Source: an uncultured Rhodospirillaceae bacterium (GTDB lineage: Bacteria > Pseudomonadota > Alphaproteobacteria > SP197). From it: 64,000 nucleotides of DNA. Location of the stretch: contig CAZGYG010000006.1 in assembly GCA_964530335.1 (NCBI GenBank), positions 2,451-66,450 of the forward strand, written 5' to 3'. Under the pieces are notes generated by a model. It saw only the letters and a list, made by a program, of their open reading frames with translations, was not told where the DNA came from and searched no databases. This document shows positions 37,829-47,224 of this stretch, in pieces. Position 1 is the first letter of the stretch. Each line of letters starts with the position of its first letter. Both the position numbers and the translations under genes were made by a program.

Positions 37829-39006
37829 CGATGATCGAATCGGGAGGCACCGGGTTTCTGACGGGCACCCGGGTTCTGGACCTGACGCAGTTCACGCCCG
37901 GGCCCTACGCGACGCTTCTGCTGTCGGACTTCGGCGCGACGGTCCTGAAGGTCGAGCCTCCGGCCGGCGATCCGCAGCGCACCGACGGGCCGGCCGACAG
38001 CGATGGGTTGTCGGTCTGGTACAAGCTGATCAACCGCAACAAGGACGTGGTGCGGCTCGATCTCAAGTCGGCCGAGGGCAAGGACGTCTTCGCGCGCCTG
38101 TTGCAACGCGCCGACGTCCTGGTCGAATCCTATCGACCCGATGTGCTGTCGCGCCTGGGGTTTCCGCGGGACCGCATCACGGCGCTCAATCCCGGCCTGA
38201 TTCACTGCGCGCTCTCCGGATGGGGGCAGACCGGCCCCTACCGCCTGCGCCCGGGCCATGACCTGAACTACATCGCCTTCGGTGGCGGGCTCGTTGCGTC
38301 GGGCACGGCGGAAGCCCCGGTCATCAGCCACCTCACGGTCGCCGACTGGGCCGGAGGATTGCTCGCGGCGACGACGATCCTGGCGGCCCTCGCCGGTCGG
38401 CGGCGGAGCGGTGGTGGCTGCTTCCTCGACGTGAGCCTGGCCGAGGCCGTGATGTCCTGGCTGAGTTTCGATCTGACCGGCGAGCTGCGGCCCGGGTTCG
38501 AATCGCGTCGCGCGGCAAGCACGTACAACGGTGGACTCGCCTGCTATCAGATTTATCGCACGGCCGATGACCGGTTCGTCACGCTCGGCATCATCGAGGC
38601 GAAGTTCTGGCGCAACTTCTGCGCGGCCGTTGGGCAACCCTCGTGGGTCGAGCGTCAGGCCGAGCCCGTGCCGCAGCATGCCCTGATCGCCGAGGTCGCC
38701 GCGCTATTTGGTACCCGCACGCTCGATCAATGGAACGCGCTGCTCGATCCGATCGAGACCTGCTACCACCCGGTGCTCGAGTTTTCCGAGCTCATGCGGC
38801 ATCCGCACGTACAGGCCCGGCGCATGGTCGAAACGTCCGATGGCCAGGACCCGACCGCCGAGGTCCTCTTGCCGCTGTGGCTCGACGGGCGCCCACCGCC
38901 CGGCCGCCGGCCGCTTCGCGAGCTGAGCCTCGCCGAGGTGCGGCGCGACTGGCGCCTCGAGTCCCAGCCTGCCACCGACCCGGTCGCGCAACCGACCCCG
39001 AAGTGA
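37829..39006 (+). CDS. CoA-transferase family III (CaiB/BaiF-like)
   Basis: LTGTRVLDLTQFTPGPYATLLLSDFGATVLKVE is the canonical CaiB N-terminus; conserved Asp region present. Start at the internal ATG of the 37687 ORF. Confidence 0.8.
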
Positions 39007-39066
39007 CATGATGGCCCGGCCGGGGCGTCGCGCACGCCCCGGGTGAACCCAACATGGGAGTAAGCC

Positions 39067-39357
39067 ATGGCCACGTACATCGCCCTGATGAACTGGACCG
39101 ACCAAGGCATCAAGACCGTCAAGGAATCGCCCAAGCGTTCCGAACTGGCGCGGGCCGTCGCCAAGAAGCTCGGCTGCGAGCTCACGAAGTTCTACATGAC
39201 GATCGGAAGCTACGACATGGTGGCCTTCATCAAGGCGCCCGACGCCGAGACGGCAGCGAAGTTCCTCCTGAGCATCGGCGGCGCGGGCAACGTGCGCACA
39301 ACGACGCTCAGGGCGTTCTCGGAGGACAGCTACAAGCGCATCGTCGGCAGCCTGTAG
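39067..39357 (+). CDS. GYD-domain protein
   Basis: 96 aa (MATYIALMNWTDQGIKTVKESPKR...GSYDMVAFIKAPD) matching the GYD family. Confidence 0.7.
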   Translation: MATYIALMNWTDQGIKTVKESPKRSELARAVAKKLGCELTKFYMTIGSYDMVAFIKAPDAETAAKFLLSIGGAGNVRTTTLRAFSEDSYKRIVGSL

Positions 39358-39367
39358 CGGCAAACGC

Positions 39368-39838
39368 ATGGACGGCGACCGGCAGCTCCTGGTCGTCGCC
39401 CACGCGCCGTCGGCCAACACCCGCCGGCTGATCGAGGCGGTCGAGGACGGCATCCGGTCGGCCGAGGCGGCGAGCGTGCGCTGGCGGGTCATGCGCCCGT
39501 TCGACGCCGGGCCCGACGACGTGCGCGGCGCCCGCGCGATCATCCTGGGGACGACCGAGAACCTCGGCTACATGAGCGGGGCGCTCAAGGACTTCTTCGA
39601 CCGCGTCTATTACCCGTGCCTCGAGCACACCCAGGGACTGCCCTACGCGCTCGTCATCCGCGCCGGGCACGACGGCACCGGCACGCGGCGCGGCGTCGAG
39701 ACCATCGTGACGGGCTTGCGCTGGCGCGCGGTGCAGGAGCCCGTGGTCCTGAGGGGCCCGTGGCAGGAGGCGTTCCTCGAGCCCTGCCGGGAGCTCGGCG
39801 CCGCGATGGCCGCCGGGCTCGACGCCGGGGTGTTCTGA
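39368..39838 (+). CDS. Flavodoxin-like fold protein (NAD(P)H-dependent FMN reductase / flavodoxin family)
   Basis: 156 aa; LLVVAHAPSANTRRL...AIILGTTENLGYMSGALKDFFDR fits a flavodoxin-like fold. Confidence 0.55.
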   Translation: MDGDRQLLVVAHAPSANTRRLIEAVEDGIRSAEAASVRWRVMRPFDAGPDDVRGARAIILGTTENLGYMSGALKDFFDRVYYPCLEHTQGLPYALVIRAGHDGTGTRRGVETIVTGLRWRAVQEPVVLRGPWQEAFLEPCRELGAAMAAGLDAGVF

Positions 39839-39911
39839 AACCCCCTCGCCCTTGGCACGGGCGATCGATTATGGTGCTCGCCCGCGCCACCCGGAAGGAA
39901 CGATTGCCGCC

Positions 39912-41216
39912 ATGAACCAGCGTTACGACGCCATCGTCATCGGGGCCGGCGTGATCGGCGCCTGTGTCGCCTTCGAGCTGGCCAAGAAGGGCTGGAAGAC
40001 GCTCAGCGTCGACAAGAACGCGAGCGCGGGCTACGGCTCGACCTCGGCCAGTTGCGCGATCATCCGCACCTACTATTCGGTCTACGAGACCTGCGCGATT
40101 TCGTACGAGGGCTGGTTCTACTGGAAGGATTGGCCCGGCTACCTGGGCGTCGCCGACCCGCGCGGCATGGCGGTCTATCACGACACCGGCTGCCTGGTGG
40201 TCAAGACCGGGCACAACAAGGGGCTCGGCCACATCGCGGAAATCATGGACCGCATCGGCTGCCCCTACCAACACCTGACGCCCGACGAGATGAAGGCGCG
40301 CCTGCCGATCATCGACCTGCACGAGTTCGGCCCGGCCAAGCGCCCCGAGGACCCGGGGTTCGGCGAGCCGAGCGGCGGGCTGCTGGCGGGCGGCGTGTTC
40401 TTTCCGCGCGGCGGCTACGTGTCGGACCCGGCGCTCAGCGCCCAGAACGCGGAATGCGCGGCCAAGTCCAAGGGCGCCGAGTTCCGCTACCGCGCCGAGG
40501 TCGTCGCGGTGCGCCGGGCGAAGGGCCGCGTCGCCGGCGTGACGCTGGCAGACGGAGCCGAGATCGACGCCCCCGTGGTCGTCAACGTCGCGGGACCGCA
40601 CTCGGCCAAGATCAACCAGATGGCCGGCGTGTTCGACGCCATGAAGATGAAGACCCGGGCGCTGCGCCACGAGGTCGCCCACGTGCCCTCGCCCCAGGGC
40701 TTCGATTTCGAGGCGCGCGGCATGGTCTACTCCGACAGCGACATCGCGACCTACTGCCGGCCCGAGCTCGGCAACCACATCCTGATCGGGTCCGAGGACC
40801 CGGCGTGCGACAAGCGCGAATGGGTCGACCCGGACGATTTCAACCGCGAGTTCACCGAGCAGTGGCGCGTGCAGGCGCTGCGCCTGGCCCAACGCTTCCC
40901 CGAGCTGCCCATCCCCTCGCGCATGAAGGGCGTGGTCGACCTCTACGACGTGACCGAGGACTGGATCCCGATCTACGACCGCACCGACCTGGACGGCTTC
41001 TACGTCGCCATCGGCACCAGCGGCAACCAGTTCAAGAACGCGCCGGTCGCCGGCAAGATGATGACGCGGCTGATCGAGGCGTGCGAGGCCGGCCACGATC
41101 ACGACCGCGACCCGGTCGTGTTCCACCTCGACCACATCGGCCACGACGTCACGGTCGGGTTCTTCTCGCGCAACCGCGAGGTCAATCCCAACTCGAGCTT
41201 CTCGGTGCTCGGCTGA
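39912..41216 (+). CDS. FAD-dependent oxidoreductase (DAO family; sarcosine-oxidase-beta / amino-acid-oxidase-like)
   Basis: N-terminal GxGxxG (YDAIVIGAGVIGACVAFELAKKG) and DAO-domain length (434 aa). Confidence 0.75.
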   Translation: MNQRYDAIVIGAGVIGACVAFELAKKGWKTLSVDKNASAGYGSTSASCAIIRTYYSVYETCAISYEGWFYWKDWPGYLGVADPRGMAVYHDTGCLVVKTGHNKGLGHIAEIMDRIGCPYQHLTPDEMKARLPIIDLHEFGPAKRPEDPGFGEPSGGLLAGGVFFPRGGYVSDPALSAQNAECAAKSKGAEFRYRAEVVAVRRAKGRVAGVTLADGAEIDAPVVVNVAGPHSAKINQMAGVFDAMKMKTRALRHEVAHVPSPQGFDFEARGMVYSDSDIATYCRPELGNHILIGSEDPACDKREWVDPDDFNREFTEQWRVQALRLAQRFPELPIPSRMKGVVDLYDVTEDWIPIYDRTDLDGFYVAIGTSGNQFKNAPVAGKMMTRLIEACEAGHDHDRDPVVFHLDHIGHDVTVGFFSRNREVNPNSSFSVLG

Positions 41217-41469
41217 ACCTCCTAATGCGCATTCCGATCGCGTGGAAGCGTGCTCCGTCCACCCCCTTCGACGCCGCCTGCGGCGTCGCTCAGGACAGGC
41301 TTCAAGACGCGGCCCTGCGGGCGTGGCGGCGGTTGCTCCCGCCCCCACACCTCAGGGCGAACGGGCAAGAGAAACAGACGTTCGTGGTGAGGAGGCGCGA
41401 AGCGCCGTCTCGAACCACGGACTGCGTCACGCACCCCGGTGATCCCATGGGATCGAAACCTGCTGTACA

Positions 41470-41530
41470 ACGGGGGACCCACGCATGAAGAGCCACGCCC
41501 GCGTCGTCGTGATCGGCGGCGGTGGTCGGA
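41470..41530 (+). repeat. Pseudo-start: diverged copy of the RBS and first about 15 codons of the dimethylglycine-dehydrogenase-like gene
   Basis: cgggggacccacgcATGAAGAGCCACGCCCGCGTCGTCGTGATCGGCGGCGGTG versus agggggcccacgcATGAAGTCCCACGCCCGCGTGGTCGTGATCGGCGGCGGTG at 42033-42085, about 90% identical. Confidence 0.85.
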
Positions 41531-41582
41531 AAGCTACGGTACCGGGGGTGCGGCTTGCGGGGAAGCGGAGGAGCGACGCCAC

Positions 41583-41822
41583 ATGAGCGAAGACGACAGC
41601 AGCGAGCCTACCGCCGCTGAGCAAGGAGCTTTCTCCAGGGTCCACGATGTCGTCGACGAGATGGTGGGTCGGGAGGGCCACCCCGCGGTTGAGGTGGGTC
41701 GAGGGATCCTCACCGCCGCGGTCGTCTGTCTAAGGAAGGCCCTCCCCGACGAAGAGGTCGCGAAACTGCTCTATGGCTTGGCGGACGGGTGGGCCACGTC
41801 GCGGTTCGAGCGAGAGCGATGA
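41583..41822 (+). CDS. Hypothetical small acidic protein (79 aa; possibly DUF2267-like)
   Basis: RBS ggaggag lies 9 nt upstream. MSEDDSSEPTAAEQGAFSRVHDVVDEMVGREGHPAVEVGRGILTAAVVCLRKALPDEEVAKLLYGLADGW... shows weak resemblance to DUF2267 helices. Confidence 0.35.
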   Translation: MSEDDSSEPTAAEQGAFSRVHDVVDEMVGREGHPAVEVGRGILTAAVVCLRKALPDEEVAKLLYGLADGWATSRFERER

Positions 41823-41835
41823 CCCTCCGTTGCGG

Positions 41836-41871
41836 CGATGGCGGCCGGGCTCGACGCCGCAGTGTTCTGAG
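41836..41871 (+). repeat. Pseudo-3' end: copy of the last about 36 bp (including the stop) of the flavodoxin-like gene at 39803-39838
   Basis: gcgatggcggccgggctcgacgccgcagtgttctga versus gcgatggccgccgggctcgacgccggggtgttctga, 33/36 identical. Confidence 0.75.
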
Positions 41872-41911
41872 TATCCGAGCGAGAATAGCGGGACCATTAA
41901 CGTGTTCAGCC

Positions 41912-41998
41912 GTCATGACCGGGCGAAGTCCCGGTCATCCACGCCGTTGGACCAGAGAAGACGTGGATGCCCGGCACGAGGCCGGGCATGACGGTTCC
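41912..41998 (+). repeat. REP-like tandem hairpins (family 2)
   Basis: atgaccgggcgaagtcccggtcat followed by gtggatgcccggcacgaggccgggcatgacggttcc. The second hairpin recurs at 46147-46182 as gtggatgcccggctcaaggccgggcatgacgattcc. Confidence 0.65.
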
Positions 41999-42045
41999 GG
42001 GTTTGCATCCGTCGGTGTCGCACCAATAGTAAAGGGGGCCCACGC

Positions 42046-44463
42046 ATGAAGTCCCACGCCCGCGTGGTCGTGATCGGCGGCGGTGTCGTTGGCTGCTCGG
42101 TGCTCTACCACCTGACCAAGCTCGGCTGGAGCGACGTCATGCTGGTCGAGCGCTCCGAGCTCACGTCCGGCTCGACCTGGCACGCGGCGGGCGGGTTTCA
42201 CACGCTGAACGCCGACACCAACATGGCGGCGCTGCAGGGCTACACCATCCGGCTCTATCGCGAGCTCGAGAAGATCTCCGGCCAGTCGTGCGGCCTGCAC
42301 CACGTCGGCGGCGTGACGCTGGCGACCACGCGCGACCGCTTCGACTACCTCAAGGCCGAGCGCGCCAAGCACCGCTACATGGGGCTCGAAACCGAGATCA
42401 TCGGGCCGGACGAGGTCAAGAAGTTCTCGCCGATCACCAACATCGAGGGCGTGCTCGGCGCCTTGTACGACCCGCTCGACGGGCATTTGGACCCGGCGGG
42501 CACGACCCAGGCCTACGCCAAGGCCGCGCGCATGGGCGGCGCCGAGATCGTGCTGCGCAACCCGGTGGTCGAGACCAACCCGCGCGCCGACGGCGGCTGG
42601 GACGTGGTGACGCGGGACGGCACGATCCAGGCCGAGCACGTGGTCAACGCCGGCGGCCTGTGGGCGCGCGAGGTCGGCCGTTTGGCCGGCGTCTACTTCC
42701 CCGTCCATCCCATGGAGCACCAGTACCTGGTGACCGAGGCGACGCCCGAGGTCTACGAGCGCGACCACGAGCTGCCCCACGTTCTGGACCCGGAGGGGGA
42801 GAGCTACCTGCGCCAGGAAGGCCAGGGCCTTGTGATCGGCTTCTACGAGCAGGGTTGCGAGTTCTGGTCGGTCGACGGCACGCCCGCCGGCTTCGGCCAC
42901 GAGCTGCTGGAGAACAAGCCGGACCGCATCGGCGACGCGGTCGAGTTCGCGTTCCGCCGCTACCCGGTGCTCCAGCGCGCCGGCATCAAGCGCACGATCA
43001 ACGGCCCGTTCACGTTCTCGCCGGACGGCAACCCGCTGGTCGGGCCGGTGCCGGGCTTGCGCAACTACTGGTCGGCGTGCGCGGTCATGGCCGGGTTCAG
43101 CCAGGGCGGCGGCGTCGGGCTCAGCCTCGCCGAGTGGATGATCGAGGGCGAGCCGTCGCGCGACGTGTTCGCCGCCGACGTCGCCCGCTTCGGGCCGTGG
43201 ATCACGCCGGGCTACACCCGCGCCAAGGTGCGCGAGACCTACCAGCGCCGGTTCTCGGTGTCGTACCCGAACGAGGAGCTGCCGGCGGCGCGCCCGTTCC
43301 GCACCACGCCGGCCTACGCCCTGTGGCAGGGCCGGCGCGCGGTGTTCGGCGCCGCCTACGGCATGGAGGCGGTCAACTACTTCGCGCCCGAGGGCGAGGC
43401 GTTGTTCGAGACGCCGAGCTTCCGCCGCTCCAACGCCTTCGCCGCGACCGGAGCGGAATGCCGTGCCGTGCGCGAGGGCGTCGGCCTCAACGAGATCCAC
43501 AACTTCGGCAAGTACCTGGTGACCGGGAAGGACGCGCGCGCCTGGCTCGACCGCATCATGGCCGGGCGCCTGCCGGCGATTGGACGGCTGAGCCTGACGC
43601 CCATGCTGAGCCCGAAGGGCCGGATCATCGGCGACTTCACCGTCTCCGGGATCGCCGAGACGACGTTCCAGCTCACCGCCTCGTTCGGCGCCCAGGCGTT
43701 CCACACGCGCTGGTTCGAACGGCACCTGCCCGCGGGCGACGTGGCGGTCGAGAACGTGTCGACCCGGCGCCTCGGCTTCCAGATCGCCGGGCCGAAGGCG
43801 CGCGATCTGCTGGCCCGGGTCGCGCGCGCCGACGTGTCCAACGCGGCGTTCCCGTTCATGGCCGTGCGCGAGCTCGAGATCGGCGTGTGCCGGGCGCTGG
43901 TCCAGCGCGTGTCCTACACCGGCGACCTCGGTTACGAGATCTACGTGCCGGCCGAGGATCAGGTCGCGCTTTACGGGATCCTGACCGCCGCGGGCGCCGA
44001 CCTGGGGCTCAAAGCGTTCGGCATGCGCGCGATGATGAGCCTGAGGCTCGAGAAGTCGTTCGGTTCGTGGCTGCGCGAATACAAGCCCGAATACATGCCG
44101 GCCGAGACCGGGCTCGACCGCTTCGTCGCCTACAACAAGCCGGTCGATTTCATCGGCAAGGCCGCGGCGATGAAGGAAAAGTCGGCCGGGCCCAGCCGCC
44201 GGCTGGCGACCTTCGTGGTCGATGCCAAGGACGCCGACGTGGCGGGCTACGAGCCGATCTGGCACCAGGGCAAGGTGGTCGGCTTCGTCACCTCGGGCGG
44301 CTACGCGCACTACGTCGGAAAATCGGTCGCGCTCGGCTTCCTGCCCGTGGAGCTCGTCGCCGAGGGTCAGAACGTCGAGATCGAGATCCTGGGCGAGCTG
44401 CGCCCGGCGCGCATGATCACCCGGCCGTTGTTCGACCCCGACGCCAAGCGCCTGCGCGGCTGA
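42046..44463 (+). CDS. Dimethylglycine/sarcosine dehydrogenase-family enzyme (FAD DAO domain plus GcvT-like folate-binding domain)
   Basis: 805 aa with an N-terminal dinucleotide-binding site (VVVIGGGVVGCSVLYHL), a histidine probably covalently linked to FAD (SGSTWHAAGG) and a C-terminal aminomethyltransferase fold. Confidence 0.85.
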   Translation: MKSHARVVVIGGGVVGCSVLYHLTKLGWSDVMLVERSELTSGSTWHAAGGFHTLNADTNMAALQGYTIRLYRELEKISGQSCGLHHVGGVTLATTRDRFDYLKAERAKHRYMGLETEIIGPDEVKKFSPITNIEGVLGALYDPLDGHLDPAGTTQAYAKAARMGGAEIVLRNPVVETNPRADGGWDVVTRDGTIQAEHVVNAGGLWAREVGRLAGVYFPVHPMEHQYLVTEATPEVYERDHELPHVLDPEGESYLRQEGQGLVIGFYEQGCEFWSVDGTPAGFGHELLENKPDRIGDAVEFAFRRYPVLQRAGIKRTINGPFTFSPDGNPLVGPVPGLRNYWSACAVMAGFSQGGGVGLSLAEWMIEGEPSRDVFAADVARFGPWITPGYTRAKVRETYQRRFSVSYPNEELPAARPFRTTPAYALWQGRRAVFGAAYGMEAVNYFAPEGEALFETPSFRRSNAFAATGAECRAVREGVGLNEIHNFGKYLVTGKDARAWLDRIMAGRLPAIGRLSLTPMLSPKGRIIGDFTVSGIAETTFQLTASFGAQAFHTRWFERHLPAGDVAVENVSTRRLGFQIAGPKARDLLARVARADVSNAAFPFMAVRELEIGVCRALVQRVSYTGDLGYEIYVPAEDQVALYGILTAAGADLGLKAFGMRAMMSLRLEKSFGSWLREYKPEYMPAETGLDRFVAYNKPVDFIGKAAAMKEKSAGPSRRLATFVVDAKDADVAGYEPIWHQGKVVGFVTSGGYAHYVGKSVALGFLPVELVAEGQNVEIEILGELRPARMITRPLFDPDAKRLRG

Positions 44464-44475
44464 GGCGCCGGCCGG

Positions 44476-45651
44476 TCAAGCGCGCGCCGCCAGCAGGCGC
44501 TCGACGTGGCGGGCGATCATGGCTTCCTCGTCGGTGCGGATCACGTAGGCGGCGACCGCCGAGCCCGGCGCGGAGATCACGGTATCCGAGGCTTCGTTCG
44601 CGCGTAGGTCGAGCGCGAGGCCGAGGAAATTCAACCCCTGGGCGACGCGGCCGCGCAAGCCAGCCGCGTTCTCGCCGATGCCGCCGGAAAAGACCACGCC
44701 GTCGAGGCCGCCGAGCTCGGCCGCCAGCGCGCCGCATTCGCGCACGATGCGGTGGACGAAATAGTCGAGCGCGCGCGAGGCCTCGGGCGTGCCGGCGGCT
44801 TCGAGAACCCGCACGTCGTGGCCGAGGCCCGACAGCCCCTTGAGCCCGGATTCCCGGTTGAGCAGGTCGCCGAGGGCCTTCGCATCGAGCCCGTCGTGCT
44901 CGATCAGGTAGAGCAGGACGCCGGGGTCGATCTGGCCGCAGCGGGTGCCCATGGGCAGCCCATCGAGCGGCGAGAACCCCATGGTCGTGGCCACGGCCCG
45001 GCCCGCGCGCATGGCGCAGAGCGACGCTCCGTTGCCGAGGTGCGCCGCGATCACCCGCCCGGCCGCGACTGTGGGCGCCACGCGCCCAAGCTCGGCCGCC
45101 AGGTACTCGTAGGAGAGCCCGTGGAAGCCGTAGCGCCGAATCCCCCGGTCGTAGTAGGAGCGGGGAAGCGCGTAGGTGTCGGCGACCCACGGCTGGGTGC
45201 GGTGGAACGCGGTGTCGAAGCAGCCGATCTGCGGCGCGTCGGGGAACGCGGCTCGTGCCGCCGCCACGCCGGCAAGATTGTGCGGCTGGTGCAGCGGCGC
45301 GAGCGATTCGAGGCGATGGAGCGTCGCGATTGTGCCGTCGTCGAGGACGACGGGCGCCGCGAACGTCGCGCCGCCGTGGACGATCCGGTGGCCGACGGCG
45401 GCAATGCCCTGATCCGGGAAATGCCGGGACAAGAGGGCGATGACCACGCCGAGCGCCGCCCGGTGGTCGGCGATGGCGGCACCCCAGGCGCCGTCGTGGA
45501 GCGCCCGCTTGCCGGCCCGGAACTGGATCCGGATCGTGGCGCCGAGCCCTTCGACCTGGCCGCGAGCGAGCTCGGTCGGCCCGCCCCGGGCGTAGAGCGC
45601 GAACTTGACCGACGACGAGCCGGCGTTGAGCGTCAGGATCGAAGCCGTCAT
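44476..45651 (-). CDS. ackA: Acetate kinase
   Basis: 391 aa (ILTLNAGSSSVKFALY...HRIVHGG...GFHGLSY...HLGNGAS...VFSGGIGEN), matching acetate/propionate kinase family signatures. Confidence 0.85.
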   Translation of the reverse strand: MTASILTLNAGSSSVKFALYARGGPTELARGQVEGLGATIRIQFRAGKRALHDGAWGAAIADHRAALGVVIALLSRHFPDQGIAAVGHRIVHGGATFAAPVVLDDGTIATLHRLESLAPLHQPHNLAGVAAARAAFPDAPQIGCFDTAFHRTQPWVADTYALPRSYYDRGIRRYGFHGLSYEYLAAELGRVAPTVAAGRVIAAHLGNGASLCAMRAGRAVATTMGFSPLDGLPMGTRCGQIDPGVLLYLIEHDGLDAKALGDLLNRESGLKGLSGLGHDVRVLEAAGTPEASRALDYFVHRIVRECGALAAELGGLDGVVFSGGIGENAAGLRGRVAQGLNFLGLALDLRANEASDTVISAPGSAVAAYVIRTDEEAMIARHVERLLAARA

Positions 45652-45789
45652 GGGCAGGGCTTTAGCAGGGGGCCGGGCGACCTGCTAGGGCGCAATCTGC
45701 ACAACGTGATCCATGAAGGCGCCATGGCCGGGCGTGTCCCACGGCTGTCCGGTTCGCCGCCGAAAGTTCTGGCGCGCGATCCTTGGAAA

Positions 45790-45875
45790 ACCTCTCCTGG
45801 GGGAGAGGTCGCCCGCCTTCGCCAAGGCTTCGGCGGGCTTGCCCTCCGAAGCCCAAAGGGCGAAGGAGGGTGAGG
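45790..45875 (+). repeat. Palindromic element related to family 1, plus a cctctcctgggggagagg hairpin
   Basis: cgcccgccttcgccaaggcttcggcgggcttgccctccgaagcccaaagggcgaagga shares arms with 24215-24395. A further hairpin, ccaccttctccccccgggagaaggtttc, lies at about 45975-46005. Confidence 0.5.
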
Positions 45876-46146
45876 GGCGGCGGCGACGCTGCGCGCCGAG
45901 GCAGGTTTGGGCACCCTCTGTCCGTCGCCACCGTAACCAACATGGGCTGCCCCTCATCCGGCTCGCTGCGCTCGCCACCTTCTCCCCCCGGGAGAAGGTT
46001 TCATGCGGCGACCGTGTCCTCTCCAGCGGTAGCCCCTGGAGTGTCGCAGCGGTCCGGGCGTTTCCGCCAATTGGATGGGCGCTCAACCGGACAGCCGTGG
46101 GCTTGACCCGGCCATCCACATCTTTGAATCACTTACGTTTCAAGGC

Positions 46147-46182
46147 GTGGATGCCCGGCTCAAGGCCGGGCATGACGATTCC
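46147..46182 (+). repeat. REP-like hairpin, family 2 copy
   Basis: gtggatgcccggctcaaggccgggcatgacgattcc; see 41963-41998. Confidence 0.65.
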
Positions 46183-46236
46183 CTTTGAATGGTATTCGCC
46201 CTACCTTGGGCCGGTTCAATCGCGGGGAGACCGAAC

Positions 46237-47049
46237 ATGAGGTTGCAGGGCAAGCGCGCGCTCGTCACCGGCGGCAATTCGGGGATCGGGCGGGGCATCG
46301 TCCATCGTTTCGTGGCCGAAGGCGCGCGGGTGGCGTTCTGCGGCCGCGACCAGGCCAAGGGCGATAAGGTGCTGGCCGAAGTGAAGGGCTTGGGCGGCGA
46401 CGGCGCGTTCTACGCCCTGGACCTCGCGCGCGAGGCGGCGGTCAAGGACATGGTGGCCAAGGCCGCCGAGCGCCTGGGCGGGCTCGACATCGTCATCAAC
46501 AACGCGGGCGCGGGCAGCCGGCGCGGCGGCGTGCTGGACGACGACACGCCCGGCGCGCGCTGGGACAAGCTGCGCGGGTCCAACATCGACGCCGCGTTCT
46601 TCGTCGCCGCCTACGCCATGCCGTGGCTGGCCAAGTCGGGCAAGGGCGCGATCGTCAACATCTCGTCCACCGCGACGATCCACGGCAACTGGGGGCTCTA
46701 CTGCGTGGCCAAGGCGGCGGTCGAAGGGTTGACCCGTTCGCTCGCGGCGGAAGGCGCGCCGTTCGGCGTGCGCGCCAACGGCGTCAGCCCGGGCTGGATC
46801 GCCACCGATCAGGACAAGGACGAGCCCGCCTCGGGGCACGCGGGCGGCTGGCAGATGAAGCCCTCGCTGTTCGACCGCATGGGCACGCCGGGGGAGATCG
46901 CGGCGGCGGTGCTGTTCCTGGCCTCCGACGAAGCCTCGTTCGTGACCGGGCAGACGTTGATCGTCGACGGCGGCATGGCGATCACCGACTACCCGTCGCT
47001 GGCATTGCTCGACAAGGTCGGGCACCGACTGTTCGCCGGCACGGTGTGA
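46237..47049 (+). CDS. SDR-family oxidoreductase
   Basis: RBS ggggaga. ALVTGGNSGIGRG, NNAG, and Y-x-x-x-K (YCVAKAA). Confidence 0.8.
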   Translation: MRLQGKRALVTGGNSGIGRGIVHRFVAEGARVAFCGRDQAKGDKVLAEVKGLGGDGAFYALDLAREAAVKDMVAKAAERLGGLDIVINNAGAGSRRGGVLDDDTPGARWDKLRGSNIDAAFFVAAYAMPWLAKSGKGAIVNISSTATIHGNWGLYCVAKAAVEGLTRSLAAEGAPFGVRANGVSPGWIATDQDKDEPASGHAGGWQMKPSLFDRMGTPGEIAAAVLFLASDEASFVTGQTLIVDGGMAITDYPSLALLDKVGHRLFAGTV

Positions 47050-47079
47050 GCGGGGAGCCGGCCGCGATTAGCAGGCTGC

Positions 47080-47215
47080 GGAAAAACCCCCATCATCGTC
47101 ATCGCGAGCCGCCGTAGGCGGCGTGGCGATCCAGGGCAATGGCGGAATTCCGCGCGATTCTGGATTGCCGCGTCGGCCTTCGGCCTCCTCGCAATGACAC
47201 CATCGGGGGTTTTTC
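47080..47215. terminator. About 135-bp palindromic element acting as a probable bidirectional intrinsic terminator between convergent genes
   Basis: Outer arms ggaaaaacccccatcatcgtcatcgcgag / ctcgcaatgacaccatcgggggtttttc enclose inner hairpins (gccgccgtaggcggc; ggccttcggcc). G/C stems are followed by T5 on the plus strand and by its complement A5/T5 on the minus strand. Confidence 0.55.
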
Positions 47216-47224
47216 AGCACCCTG

